A stretch of 64,000 bases of DNA, taken from assembly GCA_963668315.1 (NCBI GenBank), contig OY764216.1:1920001-1984000 (forward strand), given 5' to 3'. A model generated the notes under the pieces. The model saw only the letters and a program-made list of their open reading frames with translations, searched no databases and was not told the origin of the DNA. Positions 53,115 to 63,700 of the stretch are shown in pieces. This DNA comes from Spirochaetia bacterium (lineage in GTDB: Bacteria > Spirochaetota > Spirochaetia > DSM-2461). The position numbers were made by a program, and so were the translations under genes. The number at the start of each line of letters is the position of its first letter. Positions within the stretch are counted from its first letter, which is position 1.

Positions 53115-55046
53115 ATGAAAAAGACGTTGATGCGAAAATTGTTAACAGTTGCGCTTCTTGCCGCTGCCGGTATGTTTCTTATCGGGTGCGGAGGGGCAGG
53201 AAAGGGGTACAAACCGGGTACTTATGAAGGTTCGGGTACGGGTATCCACGGAGAGATCAAGCTCTCGGTCACTTTTTCTGAAAGTGAGATTACCGGGATT
53301 GAGGTCGTTTCCCAGAGCGAAACGGAAGGTGTATCCGATCCGGCCTTCAAAAGGATTCCCGGAGAGATCATCAGAACCCAGTCTCTCGGTGTGGATACCA
53401 TTTCAGGCTGTACCTACTCCAGCAAGGGCATCATTGAGGCCGTCGGCGATGCGGTCGGCAAAGCCGGGGGAGATCCCGAGAAGCTTAAAGCCGTTCCTGT
53501 GACCCAGGCGGTAGCGGGCGAGAAAATTGAGAAGACCGCCGATATAATCGTTGTGGGAGGAGGCGGTGCGGGTATGGCCGCCGCGACTTCGGCTGCGGAG
53601 AATGGCGCCACCGTCATCATTCTGGAAAAAACCGCCGCCCTGGGAGGAAATACTCTCGTCAGCGGACTGGCCATGAATGCCGCCGATCCGGAAAAACAGA
53701 AACTGATTAAATCCATGCCCGGACAGGATACGACCCTGGAAAGTGTTCTGAGTTATGATGAAAGGGAGTTCGGAGAATTCGCCGGAACCCTGAACACCCT
53801 GAAGGGACAGATTCGGGATTATCTGGCCGGCGACCGTTCCTATGTCTTTGATTCGGTGGAATGGCACATGATCCAGACCTATATGGGCGGTAAGAGAACC
53901 GATCTGAACGGGAAACATTATGAGGGAAAGCTTGAATTCCTCTCGATTCTTTGCGGCAAGAGCCTTGAGACATACAAGTGGCTCGGCCATGTCGTCGGAA
54001 TTCCCCTGTCCGATACGATAGGTTCTCCGGTAGGTTCCATGTGGATAAGGGGACATAACTTTCAGGCCAAACCTGACGTGTTTAAATATACCAGCGAATT
54101 CGTGACGACCCGCGGCGGAGAGATCATGCTCGAAACACGGGCAGAGCATCTGATCGTCGAGAACGGCGCCGTAACCGGAGTGGAAGCCCGTAAACTGGAC
54201 GGGACCGAGGTCGTCGTTCATGCTGCAAAGGGCGTTATTATCACGACGGGTGGTTTCGGCGGTAACGGCGATATGGTGAGGGAGTACAACACCTACTGGC
54301 CCGAAATACCCGAAGGCATCAAAACCACCTGTGTCGCCTCCGCTACGGGAGATGGCATTAATCTGGGCCTCGAGGCGGGAGCCAATGTCGTCGACATGGG
54401 CGTCACACAGCTCATGCCCACGGCGAATGCCACGACCGGAGCCCTTATCGACGGGCTTCTTGTCGCCCCGCAGAACTACATTTTCGTCAACAAGGAAGGA
54501 AAGCGGTTCGTTAACGAGTATTCCGAACGGGATGTCCTTGCCTCGGCCGTGCTCAAGCAGACCGACGGCCTGTTCTTCACCATAGCCGATCAGCCGATGG
54601 CCGGAACGGTTCAGAACCATGCTCCCCAGGAAGAGATCGACAAGATGGTTGAAAAGGGTCTTATCTATAAGGCTGACAGCCTGGCCGCTCTTGCTGAGAA
54701 AATCGGCTGCGATGCGTCGGTGTTTGAAAAGACCATTGCCTACTATAACAGCTGCGTCGACAGAGGCGAGGATCCCGAATTCGGGAAGAATGTGTTCCAG
54801 ATGAAGGTGGAAACGGCTCCCTTCTATGCCGTTCCCTCCCGTCCCGCCGTCCATCATACCATGGGAGGACTGCAGATTAACACCAGCGCCGAAGTTCTGG
54901 GAACTGACGGGACTCCCGTAGAAGGCCTGTATGCCGCCGGCGAGGTTACCGGGGGAATCCATGCGGGAAACCGTCTGGGAGGAAATGCTATTGCGGACTG
55001 CATGGTCTTCGGCAGAATCGCCGGTAAAACCGCAGCGGCGGAGTAG
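53115..55046 (+). CDS. Lipoprotein flavin reductase: FMN-binding domain plus FAD-dependent fumarate/urocanate-reductase-like domain
   Basis: Lipobox LIGC, FMN_bind region (YKPGTYEG...VDTISGCT), VVGGGGAG, TGGFG, RFVNE, HHTMGG and GNRLGGNA. Confidence 0.88.
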   Translation: MKKTLMRKLLTVALLAAAGMFLIGCGGAGKGYKPGTYEGSGTGIHGEIKLSVTFSESEITGIEVVSQSETEGVSDPAFKRIPGEIIRTQSLGVDTISGCTYSSKGIIEAVGDAVGKAGGDPEKLKAVPVTQAVAGEKIEKTADIIVVGGGGAGMAAATSAAENGATVIILEKTAALGGNTLVSGLAMNAADPEKQKLIKSMPGQDTTLESVLSYDEREFGEFAGTLNTLKGQIRDYLAGDRSYVFDSVEWHMIQTYMGGKRTDLNGKHYEGKLEFLSILCGKSLETYKWLGHVVGIPLSDTIGSPVGSMWIRGHNFQAKPDVFKYTSEFVTTRGGEIMLETRAEHLIVENGAVTGVEARKLDGTEVVVHAAKGVIITTGGFGGNGDMVREYNTYWPEIPEGIKTTCVASATGDGINLGLEAGANVVDMGVTQLMPTANATTGALIDGLLVAPQNYIFVNKEGKRFVNEYSERDVLASAVLKQTDGLFFTIADQPMAGTVQNHAPQEEIDKMVEKGLIYKADSLAALAEKIGCDASVFEKTIAYYNSCVDRGEDPEFGKNVFQMKVETAPFYAVPSRPAVHHTMGGLQINTSAEVLGTDGTPVEGLYAAGEVTGGIHAGNRLGGNAIADCMVFGRIAGKTAAAE

Positions 55047-55151
55047 GGCGGCTTCTCAAATCCCGTAAAATCAGGTGAAATCTCTTCTGGACTTCTAAGC
55101 GGCCATGACCTATCATCAAATTAGAAAGGCCGCTGAAGGAAGGAGGAGATT

Positions 55152-55532
55152 GTGACTGACAAGGATATGATTCTCAATGAAAGGGAAAGAGAGCTGGTAA
55201 GGGAGCTGGAGGAGTATAAACGGGAAAAGGAGAGGGTCAAGCGCCTTCTGGGAACGATGGGAGGCCATGTCACGGGGAAAAGGGAGATTTTCATTAATAT
55301 CCTGTTCCTTTTGGTGGTTCTGGCTTTTGTTGCCCTTGAGATCGCGACTCATTTTCTTCCCCCCTTTGTTTCGCTTGAGGTCGGCCTTCTTTTCCTTTCC
55401 GTAAAAATCGTCTGGATGATGTATAATGCCCGCCGGGTTAATCATTTTCAGTTCTGGATACTGAATTCGATCGAGTACCGGGTCAATCAGCTGGACAGGA
55501 AACTGAATGAGATTGACCGGAGGGTCAGATGA
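55152..55532 (+). CDS. Small two-TM membrane protein, hypothetical
   Basis: AGGAGG SD with GTG start; coiled coil, two TMs, coiled coil. Stop overlaps the next start. Confidence 0.7.
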   Translation: MTDKDMILNERERELVRELEEYKREKERVKRLLGTMGGHVTGKREIFINILFLLVVLAFVALEIATHFLPPFVSLEVGLLFLSVKIVWMMYNARRVNHFQFWILNSIEYRVNQLDRKLNEIDRRVR

Positions 55533-56014
55533 AGCGTCTTGTTCTTGTCCGCCATGGGAAAAGCGACTGGGGAGATATGACGCTGCAGGATATCGACCGC
55601 CCCCTGAACGGGCGTGGAAGGAAGGATGCTCCCCGAATGGCCCGTTATCTATCGGAGCGGCATATCGTTCCGGATCTGATGATTTCCAGTCCCGCCCTGA
55701 GAGCCAGGGAGACGGCCCGGGCCATGGCCGATGTTTTCGCCTATCCGGAGGAGCGTCTTGAGACGGCCAAATCCCTTTATCCCGGCTGTCCCGTAACACT
55801 GGAGGGAGCGGTGGATTTTACTCCCGAAGAGGTGGAGACGCTTTTTGTTGTGGCCCATAATCCCGGAATAAGCCATTACGCGTCGGCCTTAACCGGCTCG
55901 CCCCTGGATTTACCTACCTGCGGTGCAGTCATCTGCGAAGGGGAGGGTGGCTGGACCGGTTTCTCTGTGATCCGCTGGGAAATCCTTATGCCGAAATCTC
56001 TTCCTCCGGAATAA
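55529..56014 (+). CDS. SixA-like histidine phosphatase
   Basis: LVRHGKS, DRPLN, SSPALRARETA and VAHNP. Confidence 0.88.
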   Translation: MKRLVLVRHGKSDWGDMTLQDIDRPLNGRGRKDAPRMARYLSERHIVPDLMISSPALRARETARAMADVFAYPEERLETAKSLYPGCPVTLEGAVDFTPEEVETLFVVAHNPGISHYASALTGSPLDLPTCGAVICEGEGGWTGFSVIRWEILMPKSLPPE

Positions 56015-56114
56015 AATATGTAAAAATGACATAGTGGCTCTTGACCGATCAGGGGATTACGGGATATTCCTTATCACAGTTTACCCCATGTAAAACGGGG
56101 TTCCGGGAGTCTCC

Positions 56115-57770
56115 ATGAAGGACATTTTCTATCCTAAGTTTTTTTCCCTTGCCAAGGCGGGAATCCCCCGCGAGCAGGTTTCCTCCGATATTCTTGCCGG
56201 AGTTGTAGTGGGCATTGTCGCCCTTCCTCTGTCAATCGCTTTCGCCGTTGCTTCCGGTGTCAGTCCCGAGAAAGGGCTGATTACGGGAGTCGTCGCAGGA
56301 TTTCTCATCGCCTTTCTGGGCGGCAGCCGGGTTCAGATCGGCGGTCCCACGGGGGCTTTTGTCGTCATCGTCTCAGGGATTGTCCAGAAGTACGGGATAG
56401 AGGGGCTTTTCTACTCCAATGTTATCGCCGGAATCTTTCTTATCCTTTTCGGAGTCTTCAAGATAGGGCGGCTGCTCAAATATATTCCCCATCCCCTGAC
56501 CGTCGGATTTACCAGCGGTATCGCCCTCGTGATCTTTACCACCCAGATCAAGGATGCCCTGGGGCTGCCGCTGGATGCCGTTCCGGCCGAATTCCTGGAA
56601 AAATGGGCCGTCTATCTTACCCACTTGTCCGGAATTAACCCTTACGCTCTAGCCATCACGCTGGCCACCATCGCCATCTCCCTGATCACCGGCCGGATCA
56701 CCAGAAGAATCCCCGGTTCTTTTATCGCCATCGTCCTGGTGAGCCTTGCCGTTCAGCTTCTCCATATGCCCGTGGAAACTATCGGCTCCCTCTACGGTGA
56801 TATCCCCAACCGCTTTCAGCTGACCATGCCCGGCATGCCGGATATGTCCCTCCTGGGAGGATATCTGCAGTCCGGTCTTGTCATTGCTCTGCTGGGGGGA
56901 ATTGAATCCCTTCTCTCCGCTTCGGTGGCTGACGGTATGATAAGCGGAAACCACCGTTCCAACACGGAGCTGGTAGCCCAGGGTATCGCCAACGTCGTCT
57001 GCCCCTTTATGGGGGGGATTCCGGCGACCGGAGCCATTGCCCGGACCGCGGCCAATGTCAAGAACGGAGGCCGGACTCCCATCGCCGGCATGGTGCATGC
57101 CCTGACCCTTCTTTCGGTGATGCTCTTTTTCGGTCCCTGGGCCCGGTTCATCCCCATGTCCTGTCTGGCGGGGATTCTGATTGTCGTCTCCTATAATATG
57201 AGTGAATGGCGCTCCTTCCGTGCCATGCTTAAAGGGCACGGCTCGGATGTGATCGTTCTTCTCGTCACCTTTGTCCTTACCGTGGTGGTGGACCTGGTGG
57301 CCGCCATCGAGGTGGGAGTGGTTCTTTCCAGTCTGCTCTTCATGAAGCGGATGGCCGATCTGGCCGATAAAAGAATCGATTTCGTGGTGGATACCGATGT
57401 CATTGACGATTATTCCGATCTGCCCGATGGACTCGGGATATATGAGATAAGCGGTCCCCTCTTTTTTGCTTCGGTCCGACGTTATGTGGAGCTTCTCAAG
57501 GAGATCGGCCTGAGAAACAGGGTGCTCATCATTCGCATGCGCCACGTGGCCTTTATCGATCATACGGGAAAAATCAATCTTTTTGATGCTCTGAAGTTCT
57601 TGAAGGATAAGGGCATTGTCGTGCTTATTTCCGGTCTGGAAAAGAGTGTGGAGAAGAGCCTTCTGGAAGACGGCCTCGATTCCCTTGTCCCCGGGGAGAA
57701 TCTTTTTTCCTCCTACCGGGAAGCGGCGGAGCGGGGCGAGTCCCTTATGGCCGCCTCTGCCGGCCGGTGA
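56115..57770 (+). CDS. SulP family anion transporter with STAS domain
   Basis: AGVVVGIVALPLSIAF, QIGGPTGA, IESLLSA, ATGAIART and GPLFF. Confidence 0.94.
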   Translation: MKDIFYPKFFSLAKAGIPREQVSSDILAGVVVGIVALPLSIAFAVASGVSPEKGLITGVVAGFLIAFLGGSRVQIGGPTGAFVVIVSGIVQKYGIEGLFYSNVIAGIFLILFGVFKIGRLLKYIPHPLTVGFTSGIALVIFTTQIKDALGLPLDAVPAEFLEKWAVYLTHLSGINPYALAITLATIAISLITGRITRRIPGSFIAIVLVSLAVQLLHMPVETIGSLYGDIPNRFQLTMPGMPDMSLLGGYLQSGLVIALLGGIESLLSASVADGMISGNHRSNTELVAQGIANVVCPFMGGIPATGAIARTAANVKNGGRTPIAGMVHALTLLSVMLFFGPWARFIPMSCLAGILIVVSYNMSEWRSFRAMLKGHGSDVIVLLVTFVLTVVVDLVAAIEVGVVLSSLLFMKRMADLADKRIDFVVDTDVIDDYSDLPDGLGIYEISGPLFFASVRRYVELLKEIGLRNRVLIIRMRHVAFIDHTGKINLFDALKFLKDKGIVVLISGLEKSVEKSLLEDGLDSLVPGENLFSSYREAAERGESLMAASAGR

Positions 57771-57860
57771 GAAGTCTCTTCGTCATTCGGGGGGAAGTTC
57801 ATCTACTGTTTATATTCTGTTTATTTTCCTGATTTTTTCCCCGGGTATACTTAACCCCCT

Positions 57861-59249
57861 ATGAACAGGACCGCTTTTTGTTTTTTACTGATCTTCTCCA
57901 CGGTCATTAGCCTATGGGCCGAATCGGAGCAGGCCGATCCGCCCCGGAATGTTCTGGTATTCGGACCGCTGACCTGGAATGCCCTGCTGTGGTTTCCCCA
58001 GAATCTGGTCGGAGTCGAGTTCGCCCAGGTCTCCCCGTCGGACTGGGAAAACCATCTGTCCCACCCCTGGGTATGGGATAACGATGAATTTTCCGTAAAC
58101 CAGATAGGCCATCCCTATCAGGGATCGCTTACCTATACTACCGCCCGGGGCGCCGGGTGGGGATTTCCCGAAAGCCTCTCCTCCACCATGCTCGGCAGCG
58201 TCTCCTGGGAGCTCTTCATGGAGAACGAACGGCCCTCCCGGAATGACCTGATCGTCACATCCATGGGAGGCGTGTCCCTGGGCGAGATGCTCTTCCGCCT
58301 CTCCGAGGCTGCCCGGTGGGAGGAAGGGGGTAAGACCGATTCGTTGGGACGGAACCTTCTCTCCTGGGCACTGGCTCCCGGCAGCCGTATGAGCGGCCTC
58401 CTCTACGAACAGCAGGCGCCGACCCGGTATTTTCCCCTGAGGTTCGAGGCCGGTCTTTCCGGTATGGCCGATCTGAACAGCGGCGAACTGACTGAGAGTC
58501 CCGAAGGGCAGGATGCCGGTATCGAAGGGGTGGGACAGCTGAATTTCAATCTTCTTTACGGCGATGTTCCGGACAGGGGGGAAACCCGTCCTTTCGATGT
58601 ATTTCTGCTTCGGGGAGAGGCCGGACTCGGAAAGGACGATTTTTACGCGTCCCTCTTTTCCGAAGGGCTTCTGGGGGGTATCCCCGTTTATGCCGGAGGG
58701 GGAGAGGAAGACATACTGGGAATTTTTCTCCACTACGACTTTATTTATAACGACGTGATTAATCTCAGCGCCAACAGCCTGGGGCTGGGGTATATGCACG
58801 GACTCTCCCAGGCTTCCCGATGGGAGAAGGGCTTGTTTTACGGCCTTTATCTCTCTTTTGTTGTCAACGGGGGGACGGAGTGTCTCTTCCTGAAATTCCA
58901 GGATATGGTCTACGGAGAGCCGGAAGAGGAACGGAGGAGTTACGATATGGGCGTGGGGGCGAACGGCAAAATCCTCGTCGAATACTCCTTTGACCGGAAC
59001 TTCACCCTCTGGGGCCGTTATTACGCCTATTGGCTCTATTTTTACCCCGCCGCCGTTCCGGAAGGGGGATCTACGGGCACGGCCTGGAGAGATCTTCTGG
59101 AACTGGGATTTCAGAAAAGCCTGGGAAACCGGATGCAGGCGGAATTCTCCTTTATGCGGGGGTACAGCCGGACGGATTACCGGAACCGGCAGGATGCGGC
59201 CGGAGATACCCTGGGAGTCCGCATGGGCCTGTCCTGGAAGCTTTTATAG
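57861..59249 (+). CDS. DUF3943-like exported/outer-membrane protein
   Basis: Signal peptide, WDNDEFSVNQIGHPYQGS...GSVSWE...ERPSRNDL...LGE and a beta-strand-like C-terminus. Confidence 0.7.
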   Translation: MNRTAFCFLLIFSTVISLWAESEQADPPRNVLVFGPLTWNALLWFPQNLVGVEFAQVSPSDWENHLSHPWVWDNDEFSVNQIGHPYQGSLTYTTARGAGWGFPESLSSTMLGSVSWELFMENERPSRNDLIVTSMGGVSLGEMLFRLSEAARWEEGGKTDSLGRNLLSWALAPGSRMSGLLYEQQAPTRYFPLRFEAGLSGMADLNSGELTESPEGQDAGIEGVGQLNFNLLYGDVPDRGETRPFDVFLLRGEAGLGKDDFYASLFSEGLLGGIPVYAGGGEEDILGIFLHYDFIYNDVINLSANSLGLGYMHGLSQASRWEKGLFYGLYLSFVVNGGTECLFLKFQDMVYGEPEEERRSYDMGVGANGKILVEYSFDRNFTLWGRYYAYWLYFYPAAVPEGGSTGTAWRDLLELGFQKSLGNRMQAEFSFMRGYSRTDYRNRQDAAGDTLGVRMGLSWKLL

Positions 59250-59300
59250 TCCCTCCCAAGCCCCTTGCACAGCCGGTCCTTTTCCCCCTATAGTGTTTTT

Positions 59301-59672
59301 ATGAGCAACGAGGACCAGACGATTATCAAGAAAAGCCCGAGGAAGATAAAAAGTTCCTTCCAGCTGAAAGAGCGGGGTGTGTTAGTGGTGCTTTCCGGAA
59401 AGGAAGTGGGGAAAAGCTGCCTTATTGATAAAGAGGTTACGACTATCGGCCGGGGAGAAACATGCAGTTTGGTTCTCGGCGATGATCTTGTCAGCAAGGA
59501 GCACTGCCTGATCCGGGCCGAGGGGGGGTATTTCTTTATCGAGGATCTCGATTCGTCCAACGGGACCTATCTGGACAGCAAGAAGATAAAAAAGAAAAGC
59601 CTTCTCAATGATTTCGAGCGTATTGTGATCGGTAAAACCGTTCTTCGTTTTTTCATCGAGGAATCACTGTAA
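59301..59672 (+). CDS. FHA domain protein
   Basis: IGR...VSKEH...DLDSSNGT FHA signature. Confidence 0.88.
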   Translation: MSNEDQTIIKKSPRKIKSSFQLKERGVLVVLSGKEVGKSCLIDKEVTTIGRGETCSLVLGDDLVSKEHCLIRAEGGYFFIEDLDSSNGTYLDSKKIKKKSLLNDFERIVIGKTVLRFFIEESL

Positions 59673-59674
59673 TC

Positions 59675-60718
59675 ATGGATATACAACGCCTTCTGGAAGA
59701 GATCGAACAAGCCATAGAAGTCTGCCTGCCTCCCGAGTGCGGCCGGGCATGGCTGGAAAAAACCGCCGGTTCCGCCTGCCGGGTGGATGATTTTGTCCAG
59801 GTTGACCGGTTTGTTCAGCCTGGGCGGGACCTGGTCGGCCGCGGAGGGAAACGGTGGCGCCCTCTGGTCATGGTTTTAACCTGCCGCGCCCTGGGAGGGG
59901 GAGACCGGGCCATTCTCTTTTCTCCCCTTGTGGAACTGCCCCATAACGGCAGTCTCATCATCGATGATATTGAGGATAATTCGGTGGAGCGCCGGGGAAA
60001 GCCCGCAGTTCATCTTCTTTACGGAACGGATATCTCCATTAATGCGGGCAATCTCATGTACTTTCAGCCCACCTGGATTATTGACGAGGCCGATCTTCCG
60101 CCGGATCGTAAAAACCTCCTGTTCTCCGGTTACTGCGAAGATCTGCGACGTCTCCATTTGGGGCAGGGGCTGGATATCTACTGGCATAACCATCATGACC
60201 GTGTGCCTCCTGTGGAAGAATACCTTCAGATGTGCCGTTTCAAAACGGGCAGCCTTTCCCGCATGGCCGGCCGGTTCGGAGCTCTTCTGGCGGGGAAAAC
60301 CCGGGAGGAAGCCCTGGAAAACGCCGTTATCTGGGAGGATATCGGCGTGGGCTTCCAGATAGCCGACGACATTGCCAATCTGACAAAGGGGAATCCGGGA
60401 AAGGACCGGGGCGATGATATCGTCGAAGGAAAGAAGAGCCTTCCCGTGATTCTCCATTACCGCAACTCTCCCGAGACGCGGGAGGAGCTTTCGGCCTGTT
60501 TCCGGGAAGCCCGTGAGAAGGGCATCTCCGCCGGAAGGGATGCCGTGGAGAGGGCCATTGAACTGATAAGCCGTTCCGGGGCGCTGAAGGAAGCGGAAGA
60601 GAGGGGGCTGGAACTCCTGGAATCGGCGGTTGAAAGGCTGCGCGCCCTGCTTCCCGCCGGGGAGGACCGGGACAGCCTCACTGGTCTCATCGAAGGATTT
60701 CTGCGGAAAAAGGACTGA
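59675..60718 (+). CDS. Polyprenyl diphosphate synthase
   Basis: GGKRWRP, IDDIEDNSVERRGKP, GQGLD, KTG, FQIADD and DIVEGKKS. Confidence 0.92.
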   Translation: MDIQRLLEEIEQAIEVCLPPECGRAWLEKTAGSACRVDDFVQVDRFVQPGRDLVGRGGKRWRPLVMVLTCRALGGGDRAILFSPLVELPHNGSLIIDDIEDNSVERRGKPAVHLLYGTDISINAGNLMYFQPTWIIDEADLPPDRKNLLFSGYCEDLRRLHLGQGLDIYWHNHHDRVPPVEEYLQMCRFKTGSLSRMAGRFGALLAGKTREEALENAVIWEDIGVGFQIADDIANLTKGNPGKDRGDDIVEGKKSLPVILHYRNSPETREELSACFREAREKGISAGRDAVERAIELISRSGALKEAEERGLELLESAVERLRALLPAGEDRDSLTGLIEGFLRKKD

Positions 60719-60719
60719 A

Positions 60720-63700
60720 ATGACCCTATCCCTCAGCATCGCCGATTTAGCCCACCGCTATCCCACGGATATCGTCAACCGGGGAATCGAGCTCTATAAC
60801 CAGGACCGGGTAGGGGATCTCTACTTCGAAGAGGGAAGAGTCGAATCGGAAGTCGAGGAAGCAGGCGATATTTTCTACCCCCGGGTCAGCCTGAACAACC
60901 GGGGTATCCCTGTCGATACGGACTGTTCCTGCACCCTCTGCGAGGAAGGGGGACTCTGTTTCCATATCACAGCCCTTCTTGTCAAACTTATCAATGAAAA
61001 AGTACAGCTCGTCTCTCTGCCGGAAAGGATCCCGGGGGCTGAAATCCTCCGTGAGGAGAGGTTTGACGATTTTCCCGTATCCCCCATGGAACGGGGACTG
61101 GTCAGTGAAAGTCTTATGCCCCTGGCGTCCTGGGAGGCCGAAGAGAACCTTCCCGTTACCTCCCCCCGCGAACAGGGCGGGGAGGATAGGGACATTCCCG
61201 GAAGGGAGAGGTGGAAGGGCGTACTGAACCTGAGAAAACGGGGGGACGAATGGCGGGTCACCCCGGCGCTCCTCTATATTAAGAAGGACGGAACCTACGG
61301 CCGGCTGGACAGGAACTTCAACCTCGCCCGCATAACCGAACCGCTCTCATCCCGGGAACGGGAGCTCTTTCCCTTGTTTGAAATGATGGCTTACGGAGGC
61401 GAAGAAGGGGTCCCCTTTGAAAAAACGGCCCGCTTCCTTCTGGGACAGGCGGAAGAGATTACCCTGGTGGATGACGGAGGGGAGCCCTTCCGCCTTACCA
61501 GGGCCGACCGGCTCGGCCTCTCCTTTGATCCGGTGGTTTTTCCCGCCGAGGGGCGGGGCGAGGAGCAGATGCTGTTCTCCCCCGAATTTCTGCTGCCCGC
61601 CCGGAAGGAGAGGGAGCCCTTTCCCCTGGAGAACACCCTTGCCTTTATGGGAGATTCTCTTTTCCTTGTCAGGGAAAGGGGAGCGGAAATCCTGCGTTAC
61701 GATACGGAGGGTAAGGGGGACCTCATCGGTTTTCTCCTGTCCCGCAGGGATAAACCGCTGACCCCGGCTGAAATCCGTTCATTTCGAAACTCCTGGGGAT
61801 CTTCCTTCGACGACCGCCTTCAATGGGAATTTACCCCCCGGGAGATCCGCCGGTTGAATATTACCCCCGTCACTGTTCTTTCCGGTTACGACACGGGAAC
61901 GGGAGGATGCGCTTTCAGGCTATCCTTTGATTACGGAGAAAGGGGCGTATTCTTCCATGACCGGAATCCGGCCCGCAGCCGCCATCAGGCTCCCCTGCGC
62001 TGCCGGGACGAGGAAACGGAGGAAACCCTTGTCCTTTTCCGGCGGAACTATCCCCTGGAAGGGGAAATCCACCGCTGGCTTGAGAACTGGTTCCTTACCC
62101 TTTTCGGAACACCTCCCTATGATTCGCCGCTGAGCCGTCTCCGCGGCGGGTACGACTTCCTCGTACAGAAGAGCCTGACCGATTTCCTCATGGAACGGGC
62201 CGATGAGCTTCTTGACCGCGGCATCGAGCTCAGGCTGGAGAAGCAGAAGGGACGGATCCGCAAAAAGAGCGGGGGCGTCTGGCAGTTCCGCGGTACCGCC
62301 TATCGGGAGTGGCTTTCCCTCTCCCTTACCAATACCGATGAGGATCTGGGACAGGTGGATCTGGAGGAGTTCCTTCAGGGGGGAATGCTCCGGGCGGGTT
62401 CGGATCTGATCATAATCTCCTCGGACGAGAGGGAGAAGCTGAAGGCGATTCTGGAAAAGGGCGAGCTGGAAGAGGGGAAGCTGATTCTCTCTCCCTACGA
62501 TTACGAGGCTCTGGACGGCATCGAAGAGTCCTTCGGGTTTTCCGAAGAGGATGACTTGGTTCGGATCAAGGAGCGGGCCGATCGGCTTAAGGATTTCACC
62601 CGGATAGAGGAAATGCCCCTTCCCCGTGATTTTCAGGGAACGCTCCGGCCCTATCAGAAAGGCGGTTTCGATTGGCTGCATTTTCTGAGTCGCTACGGAT
62701 TGGGCGGCTGTCTGGCCGATGACATGGGCCTGGGAAAGACGGTGCAGACCCTCTGTTTTCTGCAGAGCCTCAAGGAGGAAGGCCGATTGGGCCAGGCCCT
62801 TCTGCTGGCCCCTGTGACCACCCTGCCCAACTGGAAAAGGGAAGCGGAGAAGTTTACCCCCTCCCTTGTCGCCGTCATCCACCAGGGCGGGGGGCGCAGC
62901 CGGACCAGGGAGGACCTCTCCCATGCCGATCTTGTCCTTTCCAGCTATCAGACCTTTCTGCGCGATGCGGACTGGATGAGGGAGGAACAGTGGCGGTATC
63001 TCATCCTTGACGAAGCCCAGGCTGTCAAGAACTGGCAGTCAAAGACACGCCACGCCGTAAAGGCCATTCAGGCTGATTTCCGCTTGGCCCTGACCGGCAC
63101 GCCCGTGGAGAACGGCATGGTTGAGCTCTGGTCCCTTTTTGATCTGCTGGAGCCGGGACTGCTGGGAACCCTGGATATGTTCCGCCGCCGTTATCAGATA
63201 CCCATGGAAAGGGACGGGGATAAAAGCCGTACCGATGAGCTGAGGCGGAGGGTGGCTCCCCTGATGCTCCGGAGGAAGAAGGAAGAGGTCCTGACCGATC
63301 TGCCCGAGAAGGAAGAGACCCTGGTGTGGCTGGAAATGGGAGATGATCAGAGGAGCGTATACGATAAGGCGCGAAAAGGCTTTCTGGCCCTTATCGAGGA
63401 GACCCTGAAGGATAAGGAAGTCACCCAGGCGGCGATGGAAATCCTCACCGCCCTGCTGCGCCTGAGACAGCTGGCCGTGGCTCCCCGTCTGGCCGACAGC
63501 GGCTATGAGGAAATCGGCTCATGCAAAATGGATTTCCTGGAGTACTTCCTCGATGATCTGGAAGCGGAGAACCATAAAGTCCTGATCTTCAGTCAGTTTG
63601 TATCGGCCCTGAAGATCGTCGCCGGACAGATGGACCGCCGGGGATTCTCCTATGCCTACCTGGACGGTTCCACCCGGGACAGGGAGGGGGAGATAAACCG

